Shown: positions 7,926-16,786 of the stretch, piece by piece
Numbering within the stretch: position 1 is the stretch's first letter
How the letters are laid out: each line of letters begins with the position of its first letter
Source of the DNA: Armatimonadota bacterium
Lineage (GTDB): Bacteria > Armatimonadota > Zipacnadia > Zipacnadales > UBA5352
Reading direction: 5' to 3'
DNA length: 64,000 nucleotides
Assembly: GCA_034722055.1 (NCBI GenBank)
Contig: JAYENL010000256.1
Coordinates: forward strand, 744-64,743
Program-made: the position numbers and the translations under genes
Notes under the pieces: model-generated
The model's database searches: none
What the model was told of the DNA's origin: nothing
What the model saw: the letters and a program-made list of their open reading frames with translations, nothing else

Positions 7926-10805
7926 TCAGTCCGCGCGCTCGATGCGGATGTAGTCGATGCCCATGAGGTGCCCGCGTGACTGCGGGTTGCTGCCAACCGC
8001 CGTGAAGCGCAGCGTGTGCTGGCCGGCCTCCAGGCGGCGGGAGCCGAGAACGATCTCGTCGGTCATCCGCACCTCCGGGGTGTAGCAATCGACCTCGCCG
8101 CCCAGGGGCTGATCGTCAAGCGTCGCCTGCACCACGGCGTAGTCCCAGGAGGTGGTGTAGCGCACGGTGATCCGCCAGGTCGCCTCCTGGGGCAGGTTCA
8201 GGGCGATGTCCAACATCGCGCCTTCCCGGCTGGGCGTCACCCACAGGTGGTGCCCGCCCAGCCACTCCCCGCCCAGATTCTGGATGCGGTAGTCGCACTG
8301 GTGGGTCTGCAGCACGCGCGCCCACACGCCGCCGGCGGAGTCCGGGTGGATGATGAGCGGCTCGAAGCGGAAGTAGTCAAAGCCCGCGTGATAGCCCTTT
8401 GCCTCACGGTTCTTGCCGACCACGCGGATCTCGACCTCATTGCGGTCAGGGGGAAGCTGCCCCAGCGGCAGGACGCCCGGCGCCGGCCTCTTCTCCGGAG
8501 CGTAGAGGTCGTACTGCGGGCTCGCGGGCTGTCCCTCCTCGAATGCCTGTATGATCGCGCCGCCCGGCCCGAACATCGGCCGCAGCCCGAGCACGTAGGG
8601 GCGATCGGGCTCGCCGGGAATCCGCAGCCTCACGCTGGCGCCCTCCCGGTTGGCGTGCCACTCCAGCACCCGGCCCGCGCTCACGCCCGACCACGGTGGG
8701 CTGGGGTGGGGTCGCTCGCTGCCGGGTGACACGCTCACGACCGTGAGCGTCTCCGCCTCAATGGCGTTCTCCTCCCGCGCCACCTCCTGAAGCTGGACGC
8801 AGTCGAGGACAGCGCGCCCGGAGGTTGCCGCCACGAGCTCGACGCTATGCCCGCCGGCATCCAGGTACACGGGCTCGAGCACACAGCGTCCGTCCTCCTC
8901 CACCGACGCGACCTCGAGCGCGGCGCCCCGAACCTGCAGCGTCAGGCGAGCGGCATCATCGCGAGGGTAGCAGTAGAGCGTGGGCGTGTAGACGCTCGGC
9001 CTCGGCGCGTACAGGCTCAGGTCGGCCAGCCGCTGGCCCTCGGAGACCCGGCCGAAGTAGAGCGCCCGCTCCCAGTTCAGCTCATGCGGCAGCCCGGCGT
9101 CGGTCATCAACTGGACTCCCGGGCATCTGAGCTGGTCCTCGGATACGGCCTCCTCCGCCTCCACGGCGTAGGGGACGGCGCGGCCGTAGGTTAGCAGGTC
9201 GCCGGGCGTGATGTCGGTGAAGGTGCTCGGATCATAGCGGAGCGTACGCGGCTTGTCGCCGGGCCGCCGGCCGCCGATGTAGGTCTGCCCGCGCAGCCGA
9301 CCCATCGGCGGCACCCGCTCCGCCTGATACCAGTAGGCCACCGACGCGTAGTCCTCCTGGTAGGGCGGGTAGTTCTCGATGGTCATGCGCAGGCGCCTTG
9401 TGAAGGGGATCAGGTCCATGAAGTGCCAGCGGTAGGGGCACGTGCGGTGGCCCCGGCTGAGGCTGCAGCCGAAGCTGGGGCCGGGGAGGTAGCGGATGCC
9501 CCAGGCGTCGCCGAAGTAGTCCTCCGAGCCGGTGCCGATCCACTGCGGGAAGCCGTCATCATCGACCCAGACCTTCTCGTCGCCCTCACCCCACCAGCCG
9601 GGCACCGGGTGATCGATCTGCAGGCTCACGCCGACCAGGTGGCCGCGGCCGGCCGTCTCGATGAACGGGTAGTCAAAGCTGTCGGACCTCGGCTCATGGC
9701 GCCAGCGGGCGAAGAAGTAGCACGTGTCCTCGGGCAGCTCCTCCTGTGGCGCCCACTCGATCTCGAAGTGCGCCGTGGCCGGCATCTGCAGGTGGCTGAC
9801 CAGCTCCAGCGTCGCGCTGCGGTGGAAGGGCATGGGATAGAAGAAGTAGCAGCGGCCATCGCGGCATCCCGCGGGCACGGAGCCGTACTCCGCCGTGTAC
9901 CAGTCGAAGCCGAAGAACGGCCCCACCGGGCAGAGCACCTGCGGCCGGGCGGCCCCGTCCCATGTCCCGCGCAGCACGAGCTTGCGCCAGAAGTAGCGCT
10001 GCTCGCAGTCGATCTCGGCACGGATAGCGCGGATCAGGCCGGGGCCATCCAGCTCGGCCAGCGGGATCGTCCCTCCCGGTGCGACCGTCACCTGACGCGT
10101 GATGCTCGTCTGGCCGTCGAGCCGCGGCTTCGGATCCTCGCCCGGGCTGCTCCAGACCTCCACCGCCCGCTCCAGCGCCTGCTCCTCCTCATCGCTCAGG
10201 GGCAGCCGGAAGTTCGGGACGCGCCAATCCTCGGGGAACCTGAGGTAGTCGAAGATGTAGAACTGCCCGTGCGCCTGGTCGGCGGTGACTTTCAGATGAT
10301 CGGAGAACGGTATCGGCAGGTAACAGTCGGAGGCCGAGCGCGGCCCCCCGCGCTTGTACACCAGTGGCGGCACGAAGGGCGGGTTCTCTCCCGTGAACAG
10401 CCCCTTGAAGTCCAACTGCTCCGTGGGCGTCTCCTCGCCGCCGAAGTAGAGTCTGATGGTTCCCTGAGGGTTGGCGGACCAGACGCGATAGATGCAGCCC
10501 GGCCCGTCAACATCCACCATGACGGCCTCCCCGTCATCCTCGACCCGCAGGTAGTGGCCCGCGTCGCCGTTGGTGCCCCAGCGCTCCCGCTCGCCACGAT
10601 CCCAGCTCGAGAACTGCCCGGCCGTGATCCCATCCCGGAGGTGCGTCAGGCGGTCGAGATCGGTAAGCTGGCCGAGCAACTCCGCGTAGGTGAGCGTGCG
10701 CTCGGCGGCCGAAGCCGGGCCGGAGGCGAGCAAGAGGAAGCTCCCGACGAGCCATCCTGCCAGCGCGACACTGGCTCCTCGTCGCGTATGAGAGACAGCG
10801 GCCAT
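7926..10805 (-). CDS. Secreted DUF2961 / GH172-family glycoside-hydrolase-like protein with C-terminal carbohydrate-binding-like modules
   Basis: Signal peptide 'VALAGWLVGSFLLLASGPASAAE'. The hallmark DUF2961 block is 'WWGEGDEKVWVDDDGFPQWIGTGSEDYFGDAWG'. The C-terminal ~350 aa are beta-rich and end in 'GHLMGIDYIRIE', typical of CBM-type modules. Confidence 0.8.
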   Translation of the reverse strand: MAAVSHTRRGASVALAGWLVGSFLLLASGPASAAERTLTYAELLGQLTDLDRLTHLRDGITAGQFSSWDRGERERWGTNGDAGHYLRVEDDGEAVMVDVDGPGCIYRVWSANPQGTIRLYFGGEETPTEQLDFKGLFTGENPPFVPPLVYKRGGPRSASDCYLPIPFSDHLKVTADQAHGQFYIFDYLRFPEDWRVPNFRLPLSDEEEQALERAVEVWSSPGEDPKPRLDGQTSITRQVTVAPGGTIPLAELDGPGLIRAIRAEIDCEQRYFWRKLVLRGTWDGAARPQVLCPVGPFFGFDWYTAEYGSVPAGCRDGRCYFFYPMPFHRSATLELVSHLQMPATAHFEIEWAPQEELPEDTCYFFARWRHEPRSDSFDYPFIETAGRGHLVGVSLQIDHPVPGWWGEGDEKVWVDDDGFPQWIGTGSEDYFGDAWGIRYLPGPSFGCSLSRGHRTCPYRWHFMDLIPFTRRLRMTIENYPPYQEDYASVAYWYQAERVPPMGRLRGQTYIGGRRPGDKPRTLRYDPSTFTDITPGDLLTYGRAVPYAVEAEEAVSEDQLRCPGVQLMTDAGLPHELNWERALYFGRVSEGQRLADLSLYAPRPSVYTPTLYCYPRDDAARLTLQVRGAALEVASVEEDGRCVLEPVYLDAGGHSVELVAATSGRAVLDCVQLQEVAREENAIEAETLTVVSVSPGSERPHPSPPWSGVSAGRVLEWHANREGASVRLRIPGEPDRPYVLGLRPMFGPGGAIIQAFEEGQPASPQYDLYAPEKRPAPGVLPLGQLPPDRNEVEIRVVGKNREAKGYHAGFDYFRFEPLIIHPDSAGGVWARVLQTHQCDYRIQNLGGEWLGGHHLWVTPSREGAMLDIALNLPQEATWRITVRYTTSWDYAVVQATLDDQPLGGEVDCYTPEVRMTDEIVLGSRRLEAGQHTLRFTAVGSNPQSRGHLMGIDYIRIERAD

Positions 10806-11122
10806 TGCGCATCGACCTCCCGATGTGCATCAGCGGAGTGACCGCCCTTCCTCCTGATGTCCGACCCCCCCTCGGGTTCTCACCACCGGCCAGCATTTCG
10901 CTGCTGGGACAGCCGCACCCTCGCGCCGAGCACGATTCTCCGTGTCTCTATCCACAGGTTCTCGGAGGATGCGGCGGGCCCCCGCTCGAAGATGACGTCT
11001 GTCTGTTGATCAGATGCAGCCACGTGACGCGTCCGGGGGCCATGCCCGAGCAGGCTTGTGCCCGATTACTGATCTCGGCTGCGCCTGACCGCGCGAGACG
11101 CGATATTGCTCCGGAGGCGCCA

Positions 11123-12178
11123 GTGACACCGAGAGAGCGTGTGATGGCCGCCATTGAGCATCGAGCGCCCGATCGGGTCCCGGTGGACTACTGGGCGCAC
11201 CGGCCCGTCACCGAGCGCGTGATGGCGGCGGTGGGAGCGGCGGATGAGGAGGCCATGCTCCTGCGGCTGGGGGTGGACCTGCGCAATGTCAGCCGCTCGC
11301 CCCGCTACGTCGGTCCCAAGCAGCACCTGACGCCCGACGGGCGGGAGTGCGACATCTGGGGCGTTCCGCTGGGCCGGCGCGGGACCTACGCCTCCAGCAT
11401 CACGGGCGCGCCGCTGGCGACCGCCACGAGCGTTCGCGACGTTGAGCGGCACCGGCCCTTCCCGGACCCCGACTGGTGGGACTACTCGCCGGTGGCCGAG
11501 GCCTGCCAGCGGGCGGGAGACCACGCCGTGATGGGCGGGGCGTGGTCGCCGTTCTTCTGCCACGCCATGCACGTGATGGGCATGCAGGAGCTTCTCGAGG
11601 CGATGGTGGCGTGCCCCGCCGTCGCTGAGGCGCTGCTGACCCGCATCGCGGAGTTCTACCTGGAGAGCTGCCGCCGGCGGTTCGAGGCGGCCCAGGGCCG
11701 GATGGACATCTTCTTCATGGGCGATGACTACGGGGGGCAGACGGGGCCGCTAATCAGCCCGAGCATGTTCCGCCGGTTCATCAAGCCCCACCTGCAGCGC
11801 CTCTTCGCGCAGGCTCGGGGGTTCGGCCTGAAGGTCATGCTGCACTCATGCGGCAGCGTCTACGCCTTCATCCCCGACCTGCTCGAGATCGGCCTCGACG
11901 CCCTCGACCCCGTGCAGGTGCGCGCCAGGGACATGTCCGCCGAGAGGCTGGCGGCCGAGTTCGGCCGTGACCTGTGCTTTCATGGCTCCATCGACACGCA
12001 GCAGACGCTGCCCTTCGGCACCGCGGAGGACGTGAGGGCCGAGGTGCGCTCGCGGCTGGAGCTGTTCCCCGAGGGGGGCTTCATCTGCGCGCCCAGCCAG
12101 GAGTTCATAGAGGATGTGCCCACCCAGAACATCCTGGCCATGTACGAGGCGGCCGGCGCGTACGCCCCTGCGGAGTGA
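11123..12178 (+). CDS. Uroporphyrinogen decarboxylase (URO-D) family protein (MtaA/CmuA-like methyltransferase fold)
   Basis: GTG at 11123 has GGAGG (11113-11117) 5 nt upstream and yields the family-typical N-terminus 'TPRERVMAAIEHRAPDRVPVDYW'. The C-terminal half 'MLHSCGSVYAFIPDLLEIGLDALDPVQ' matches the URO-D TIM barrel. The 10805-11122 part of the listed ORF looks non-coding (low-complexity, no SD). ATG 11042 is an alternative start. Confidence 0.75.
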   Translation: MTPRERVMAAIEHRAPDRVPVDYWAHRPVTERVMAAVGAADEEAMLLRLGVDLRNVSRSPRYVGPKQHLTPDGRECDIWGVPLGRRGTYASSITGAPLATATSVRDVERHRPFPDPDWWDYSPVAEACQRAGDHAVMGGAWSPFFCHAMHVMGMQELLEAMVACPAVAEALLTRIAEFYLESCRRRFEAAQGRMDIFFMGDDYGGQTGPLISPSMFRRFIKPHLQRLFAQARGFGLKVMLHSCGSVYAFIPDLLEIGLDALDPVQVRARDMSAERLAAEFGRDLCFHGSIDTQQTLPFGTAEDVRAEVRSRLELFPEGGFICAPSQEFIEDVPTQNILAMYEAAGAYAPAE

Positions 12179-12421
12179 CCGACATCCAGGTACGCTGACC
12201 CGCCGCGCTGTCCTGTGTCCTTGGTGCTGACGATCATCAACTCGCCCGGCATGGGATACTCCTCCCGACGGGTTGCTGTCGTCGGACGGCGCGGCGTTCG
12301 GCGGCGCCTCTCATGCGCTCGGCGGTGTCTGTGGATTCTGGACTGTGGGAGGCCCTGTGGCGCCAGACCGGGAATGCCTATCGTTGCCGTCGCGCATCTG
12401 GCAGTTCGAGGAGGATCGCGC

Positions 12422-13552
12422 ATGCCGGACACCAGCTTCCTCGCATATCTGACGGCCTCCACCTACTGGTCGCTGGTTCTCTGCTGGTCCGCGATACTCG
12501 TCTTCTATGTGGTGGAGTACCGCCGTCTGCGCACACTCAATCCCCTCGTGGCGACGCTGATCATCGTCATCTTCATCGATGGTCTCCGCACGCTCATCGA
12601 GAGCACCTACTTCGGGACCTGGTACACCGCCCGAACCGGGCTGATACCATACTCCATCTTTGAGCTGCTGACGAAGCCCGAGCACCTGATCATTCCGAAG
12701 CTAATCAACCTCATGGCCGCGATCATCATCATTGCGTTCGTCGTGCGGCGCTGGTTTCCCGCCGTCGCCGCAGAGGCGGAGCGACATCGGGAGCTGGCCA
12801 GATACCACGAGGAGCTCGTTGAGGCGCACGCAGAGCTGCAGAACCTGGAGAACCTGCGGGACAACCTCATTCACATGATCGCGCATGACATGCGCACGCC
12901 GCTGACCGCCATCATCGGGTCATTGGAGACTGTGCTGCAGGAGGACGTCAGCGCCCCTCTCCGCAGGGAGATGCTCGAGAACTCGCTGCGTGATGCGCAG
13001 CGGCTCGTGGGCATGACCTCTGACCTGCTGGACATCAACCGCGTGGAGGCGGCAGAACTGCCCTTGGACGTCGAGCCGGTAAACCTCCGCCAAGCTCTGC
13101 GGGAGGCGGTCGAAGGGACGCGCTACCTGGCCGAGCAGAAGCCCGTCGAGCTGGTCATGGGGCCCGAGGTCAGGGATGTTGAGGGCCTCGAGGTCATGGC
13201 TGATCGCGGCGTTTTCATTCGCGTCGTGACCAACCTGCTGCAGAACGGCATTCGCCACACGCCGGCCCGCGGCACTGTGACGCTGTGGGCCGAGGAGGTG
13301 GAGGCGGACGGCGAGCCGATGGCTCGCATAAGCGTCTCTGATACCGGGGAAGGCATTCCCGAGGAGATCCGCGACCGCATCTTCGACCGCTTCTTCCACG
13401 CAGCGGGTGACGAGGGCGGCGAGCTGGCGTCCATCGGCCTGGGTCTCGCCTTCTGTAAGCTCGCTGTGGAGGCACACGGCGGGCAGATCTGGGTGGAGAG
13501 CGAGCTCGGCAAAGGAAGCACCTTCCATTTCACCGTGCCGGTCCGGAAGTAG
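12422..13552 (+). CDS. Membrane sensor histidine kinase (HisKA + HATPase_c); no cognate response regulator in the window
   Basis: GAGGAGGA lies 6 nt before the ATG at 12422. There are N-terminal TM helices. H-box 'HMIAHDMRTPLTAIIGSLE'. N/G boxes 'NLLQNGIRHTP', 'SVSDTGEGIPEE', 'GLGLAFCKLAVEAHGGQIWVESELGKGSTFHFTVP'. Confidence 0.85.
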   Translation: MPDTSFLAYLTASTYWSLVLCWSAILVFYVVEYRRLRTLNPLVATLIIVIFIDGLRTLIESTYFGTWYTARTGLIPYSIFELLTKPEHLIIPKLINLMAAIIIIAFVVRRWFPAVAAEAERHRELARYHEELVEAHAELQNLENLRDNLIHMIAHDMRTPLTAIIGSLETVLQEDVSAPLRREMLENSLRDAQRLVGMTSDLLDINRVEAAELPLDVEPVNLRQALREAVEGTRYLAEQKPVELVMGPEVRDVEGLEVMADRGVFIRVVTNLLQNGIRHTPARGTVTLWAEEVEADGEPMARISVSDTGEGIPEEIRDRIFDRFFHAAGDEGGELASIGLGLAFCKLAVEAHGGQIWVESELGKGSTFHFTVPVRK

Positions 13553-13591
13553 ACGCCGTTCCCTCTCGCGAGTGTCGTTCGCCGTTCCGGG

Positions 13592-13613
13592 GCACGCACA
13601 CTCCTGTGCGTGC
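13592..13613 (+). terminator. 9-bp perfect stem-loop (GCACGCACA-CTCC-TGTGCGTGC) between convergent genes
   Basis: Read directly from the sequence, 40 nt after the kinase stop. There is no U-tract. Three copies of CGCCGTTCC flank it. Confidence 0.25.
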
Positions 13614-13875
13614 GCCGTTCCTCGCAGGATCAACGCGGAACGACAACGACGGGGCGGGCAGGGCAGCCCGCTTCTCCAAACAGCGCGGCACACTGCCGGG
13701 GGAGAGCCCGCACGACGACGGGTACGCAGCACGCGGAGGAAGCCAGCCCACCGCCGTGGAATGACGAGCCCGATGGGGAGCGCCACGTGGACGCCACGAT
13801 CTGGAAGGCCTGACCGGGCCCCGGCGCACATACCCGAGCTTCACCCCTCCCGGCCGGCCGAGCCGTCCTCCGCTC

Positions 13876-16527
13876 TCAGTCCTCAGCGGGCCGGCCGTCG
13901 GCGCCGAGATCGTACCAGTCCCGGCTCGGATCGACCCACCCCCACCCGCCGGCGTAGGCTTGGTGCTGCTGCACCGGGAGCTTGCCGAGGGCGATGTAGG
14001 CGAGGCCGATCTGCTGCAGAATGCGCTCTGTGTGCCTGCAGCCACGGCTGACGTTCACCGTGCGGCCGCTCGGGCCCACGACCAGGACGCCATCCGCGGC
14101 TGGCTGTCCCGCGAACAGGGCCGCGAGCTGCTCCACCGCAGTGTCCACGCTGCTCGGATCGAACAGCTCGGCGGCCCGTTCCGGCGTGATCCGGGCGTCG
14201 GCGAACTGCTCCCGCGGCACCGGCCCCTGGGTGAGGGGCGCGATCGGGCCGTCCGCTCGCTTCGCAAGCTCCTCGCGCAGCCAGCTTTCCGCCCGCCGTG
14301 ACTTCGAGCCGTAGTGGGCATCGAGCGGGGTCAGGTAGCTGTCGAGCTCCGGGTAAGTAATGGGGCACATCTGGTGGTAGTAGCCGACGATCGGCTCTCC
14401 GGCATGGATGGCGATGCCGCCGGCCAGGGTCTCCTCCGAGGGCGGCTCGGCGCCGTAGCGCTCCGCGAGGCTGAAGGAAGAGCCGCCCGTCTGGCCGCGG
14501 TTCTCCTCCGCCGACCAGTCGCGGTGGGCGTACCACAGCCAGCCCTTCTGATCCTCCGGGATGGACTCCAGGAAGGCCAGATGGCGGCGGAGCGGCTCCA
14601 GATAGCGGTCCTCGCCGGTGATGTCATAGAGCATCAGCAGCGCCCGCCCCGCACCGAATGTGCCGAAGAGCATATCGGCGGCCGGCGGCTCGAAGGCCCG
14701 CCCCCAGGCCGGCTGGCCCTCACGGTCGTACTGCGCGGCCCAGCCGTAGGTGGGCGGCCCGAGCTGGGCGGAGATCAGCCAGTCGCCGAGGGCGAAGATG
14801 GCCTCCCGGTAGCGCTCATCGCCGGTGAGGTGGTAGAGGACGAGGCAGTCCTCCATGCAGCAGTTGGCGTTCCAGTCATTGAGAGTCGGCCCGCTGAGGT
14901 ACTCCGGCACCGTGCTCCCGGGGATCCCGGCGGCGCCCCACGGCCACCAGCCGCTCTCGTCCTGGGAGGTGAGGATGACCTGAGCGCCCTCGACGGCCCA
15001 CTCCAGGAAGCTGTCGAGCCCGGTGATCGCGTGCATCGCCGCCATGGTGCGGATGGGCGTGCTGGTGGTCCACTCCTCGAAGTGCGCGATGCTTGAACGA
15101 GGATGCAGCGAGCCGTCGATGTCCAGGCTGTACTGCTGCGTCCATCCCCCGTTCGGGAGGGCGGCCCGGTGGTAGGCCTCGGCCATGGCGCCGGCTGCCC
15201 GCAGGTAGCGCTCATCGCCCCAGATGCGGCAGGCCTGGATGAAGGGCCGGCTCATGTGCATCTCATGGTCGCTGTTCCTGAGCGTGAGCGGCGCCTCCGT
15301 CGGCTCCAGCGCAGGCCACGCCACCTCTGTGGGCAGCACCCCCCACTGCTGGACCTCAATCAGCAGATCCAGCCACCGCCGTGCGATGTCCTGCATCCGG
15401 GTGAGCTCCGCCATGTCGATCTGGGGCATCTCGGCCTCGGCGCCCGCCATGCGGCCCTCCGGTGGCACGTCCAGGACGCGAACCTCGTCGATGTCAGCAC
15501 CGGCAGTGCCGAAGCGGAGGGCGGTGACAGGCGCGAACAGCCCTCGGGGATCCGCCTGCTCATCCAGCTCCACCGTCCCCCCTGTGCCATCGAGCAGCAG
15601 CCACAGGCGCCGCGGCGGGCGGTTGTCCCAGCCGGCCAGGATGTGGTGCCAGCCATCCTGGGGCTCAGGGGGCGCGGGGACCGTCAGCGTCGCCTCGGGC
15701 ACCTCGAGGACGGGCGCATCCGTGCTGGCGGTCAGCGTGAGCGTCCCCTGGCCTCCGTCCAGGGTCAAGGCGAGGCCGTGGCGGAAGCGTCCGGCGTAGC
15801 GTGATGAGCCGCCGACGGCCGCGAAGATGCTTCGCTCACCCTCGGGCGCCCACAGCTCGCCGGGCTCTGTCGCTCGCAGCCAGAACTCCACCGTGCCGCG
15901 CTCCTGGAACAGGTTGTCGATCCCGTGGTAGACCAGCCCTCGCTCCCCAAGCCGCACGCCCGCGCCAAAGCGGCCCTGCACGGACTGGTGCCCGCCGCCG
16001 ACCTCCGCGGCCTCTCCCCTCGCGTAGTCGGCCTCGGCCTCATCCTCCCCGTCGAGATGCGCCAGCAGTACAGTGTTGGCGTCGCGCGCGAAGGGCTCGG
16101 CGGGCACTCCGTCGGCAAGCTGCGCCCCTTCGGGTACGCCGGCATCGAGACGAACGCGCCAGCGGTAGGTACGGCCGTTGGTGCGCGGATCTGAGTTGTC
16201 AGAGGCGGAGAAGTAGAGCACCTCGGGCTCGCCCGTCCTGCTTCCCCAGTGCGAGAAGCGGCCCTCTCCCATGTTGCGGATGGCCTCGTGCATGCTGTGC
16301 GCCGGGCCCAGCGCCGTGTCGTCCTCGTAGAGCCTCAGGCGCGAGACATTGCCGTAGTAGCCGTCGGCCCGCACAGGCGTGTCCACGCCCACGGTGTAGC
16401 AGTGGCCCTGCTCGTGGACGATCTGATCGCTGTCGATGACCCCCTCGGCGTACTCCTGCGGCAGCGCGGCCGGAGCGCAGAGAATCGTTGCCACCAGAGC
16501 GATCGCCAGATGACCCGCAAGGCGCAT
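13876..16527 (-). CDS. Secreted protein with a LamG/concanavalin-A-like module followed by an (alpha/alpha)-toroid domain (PL10 pectate-lyase-like / terpenoid-cyclase-like repeats)
   Basis: ATG at 16527 has GGAGGA 7 nt upstream and gives the signal peptide 'MRLAGHLAIALVATILCAPAALPQ'. LamG-like 'GTVEFWLRATEPGELW...WHHILAGWDN...LWLLLDG'. The C-terminal repeats 'NGGWTQQYSLD', 'ESGWWPWGAAG', 'YGWAAQYDREGQPAWGRAFEPPA' are reminiscent of pectic-acid lyase. The exact family is unverified. Confidence 0.6.
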   Translation of the reverse strand: MRLAGHLAIALVATILCAPAALPQEYAEGVIDSDQIVHEQGHCYTVGVDTPVRADGYYGNVSRLRLYEDDTALGPAHSMHEAIRNMGEGRFSHWGSRTGEPEVLYFSASDNSDPRTNGRTYRWRVRLDAGVPEGAQLADGVPAEPFARDANTVLLAHLDGEDEAEADYARGEAAEVGGGHQSVQGRFGAGVRLGERGLVYHGIDNLFQERGTVEFWLRATEPGELWAPEGERSIFAAVGGSSRYAGRFRHGLALTLDGGQGTLTLTASTDAPVLEVPEATLTVPAPPEPQDGWHHILAGWDNRPPRRLWLLLDGTGGTVELDEQADPRGLFAPVTALRFGTAGADIDEVRVLDVPPEGRMAGAEAEMPQIDMAELTRMQDIARRWLDLLIEVQQWGVLPTEVAWPALEPTEAPLTLRNSDHEMHMSRPFIQACRIWGDERYLRAAGAMAEAYHRAALPNGGWTQQYSLDIDGSLHPRSSIAHFEEWTTSTPIRTMAAMHAITGLDSFLEWAVEGAQVILTSQDESGWWPWGAAGIPGSTVPEYLSGPTLNDWNANCCMEDCLVLYHLTGDERYREAIFALGDWLISAQLGPPTYGWAAQYDREGQPAWGRAFEPPAADMLFGTFGAGRALLMLYDITGEDRYLEPLRRHLAFLESIPEDQKGWLWYAHRDWSAEENRGQTGGSSFSLAERYGAEPPSEETLAGGIAIHAGEPIVGYYHQMCPITYPELDSYLTPLDAHYGSKSRRAESWLREELAKRADGPIAPLTQGPVPREQFADARITPERAAELFDPSSVDTAVEQLAALFAGQPAADGVLVVGPSGRTVNVSRGCRHTERILQQIGLAYIALGKLPVQQHQAYAGGWGWVDPSRDWYDLGADGRPAED

Positions 16528-16786
16528 GAGGATGTCCTCCAGGATGATGCTCTTTGCCTGCACTGCAGATGAGCGCAGCCCGAAGCAGTCTGCTCTCATG
16601 CCAGGAACCCCCTGCGGGGCGCGTGCGTCCATCGAGCACACCCCGAGCACGTTCTCGCCATTGAACATCCGGACCTTACGCGCGATGGTGCTGCCCGGCG
16701 TGCGCGCAGGGCGAGGTTGGCGGCGGCGCTGCTGAAAGCCCATGGATGCATCACGGGACGCTGGGGCTGCCGGCGCAGGGTGGCCG

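Noticed and set aside
10805-11122. N-terminal 106-aa extension of the URO-D ORF. Likewise 12215-12421, 16528-16743, 32606-32704, 33779-34087, 43792-43836, 46672-46740, 56601-56678, 57748-57942 and 59774-59872.
   Set aside because: The extensions are low-complexity, lack SD sites and often overlap neighbouring genes or repeats. Internal starts have GGAGG-type SDs and give family-typical N-termini or signal peptides.
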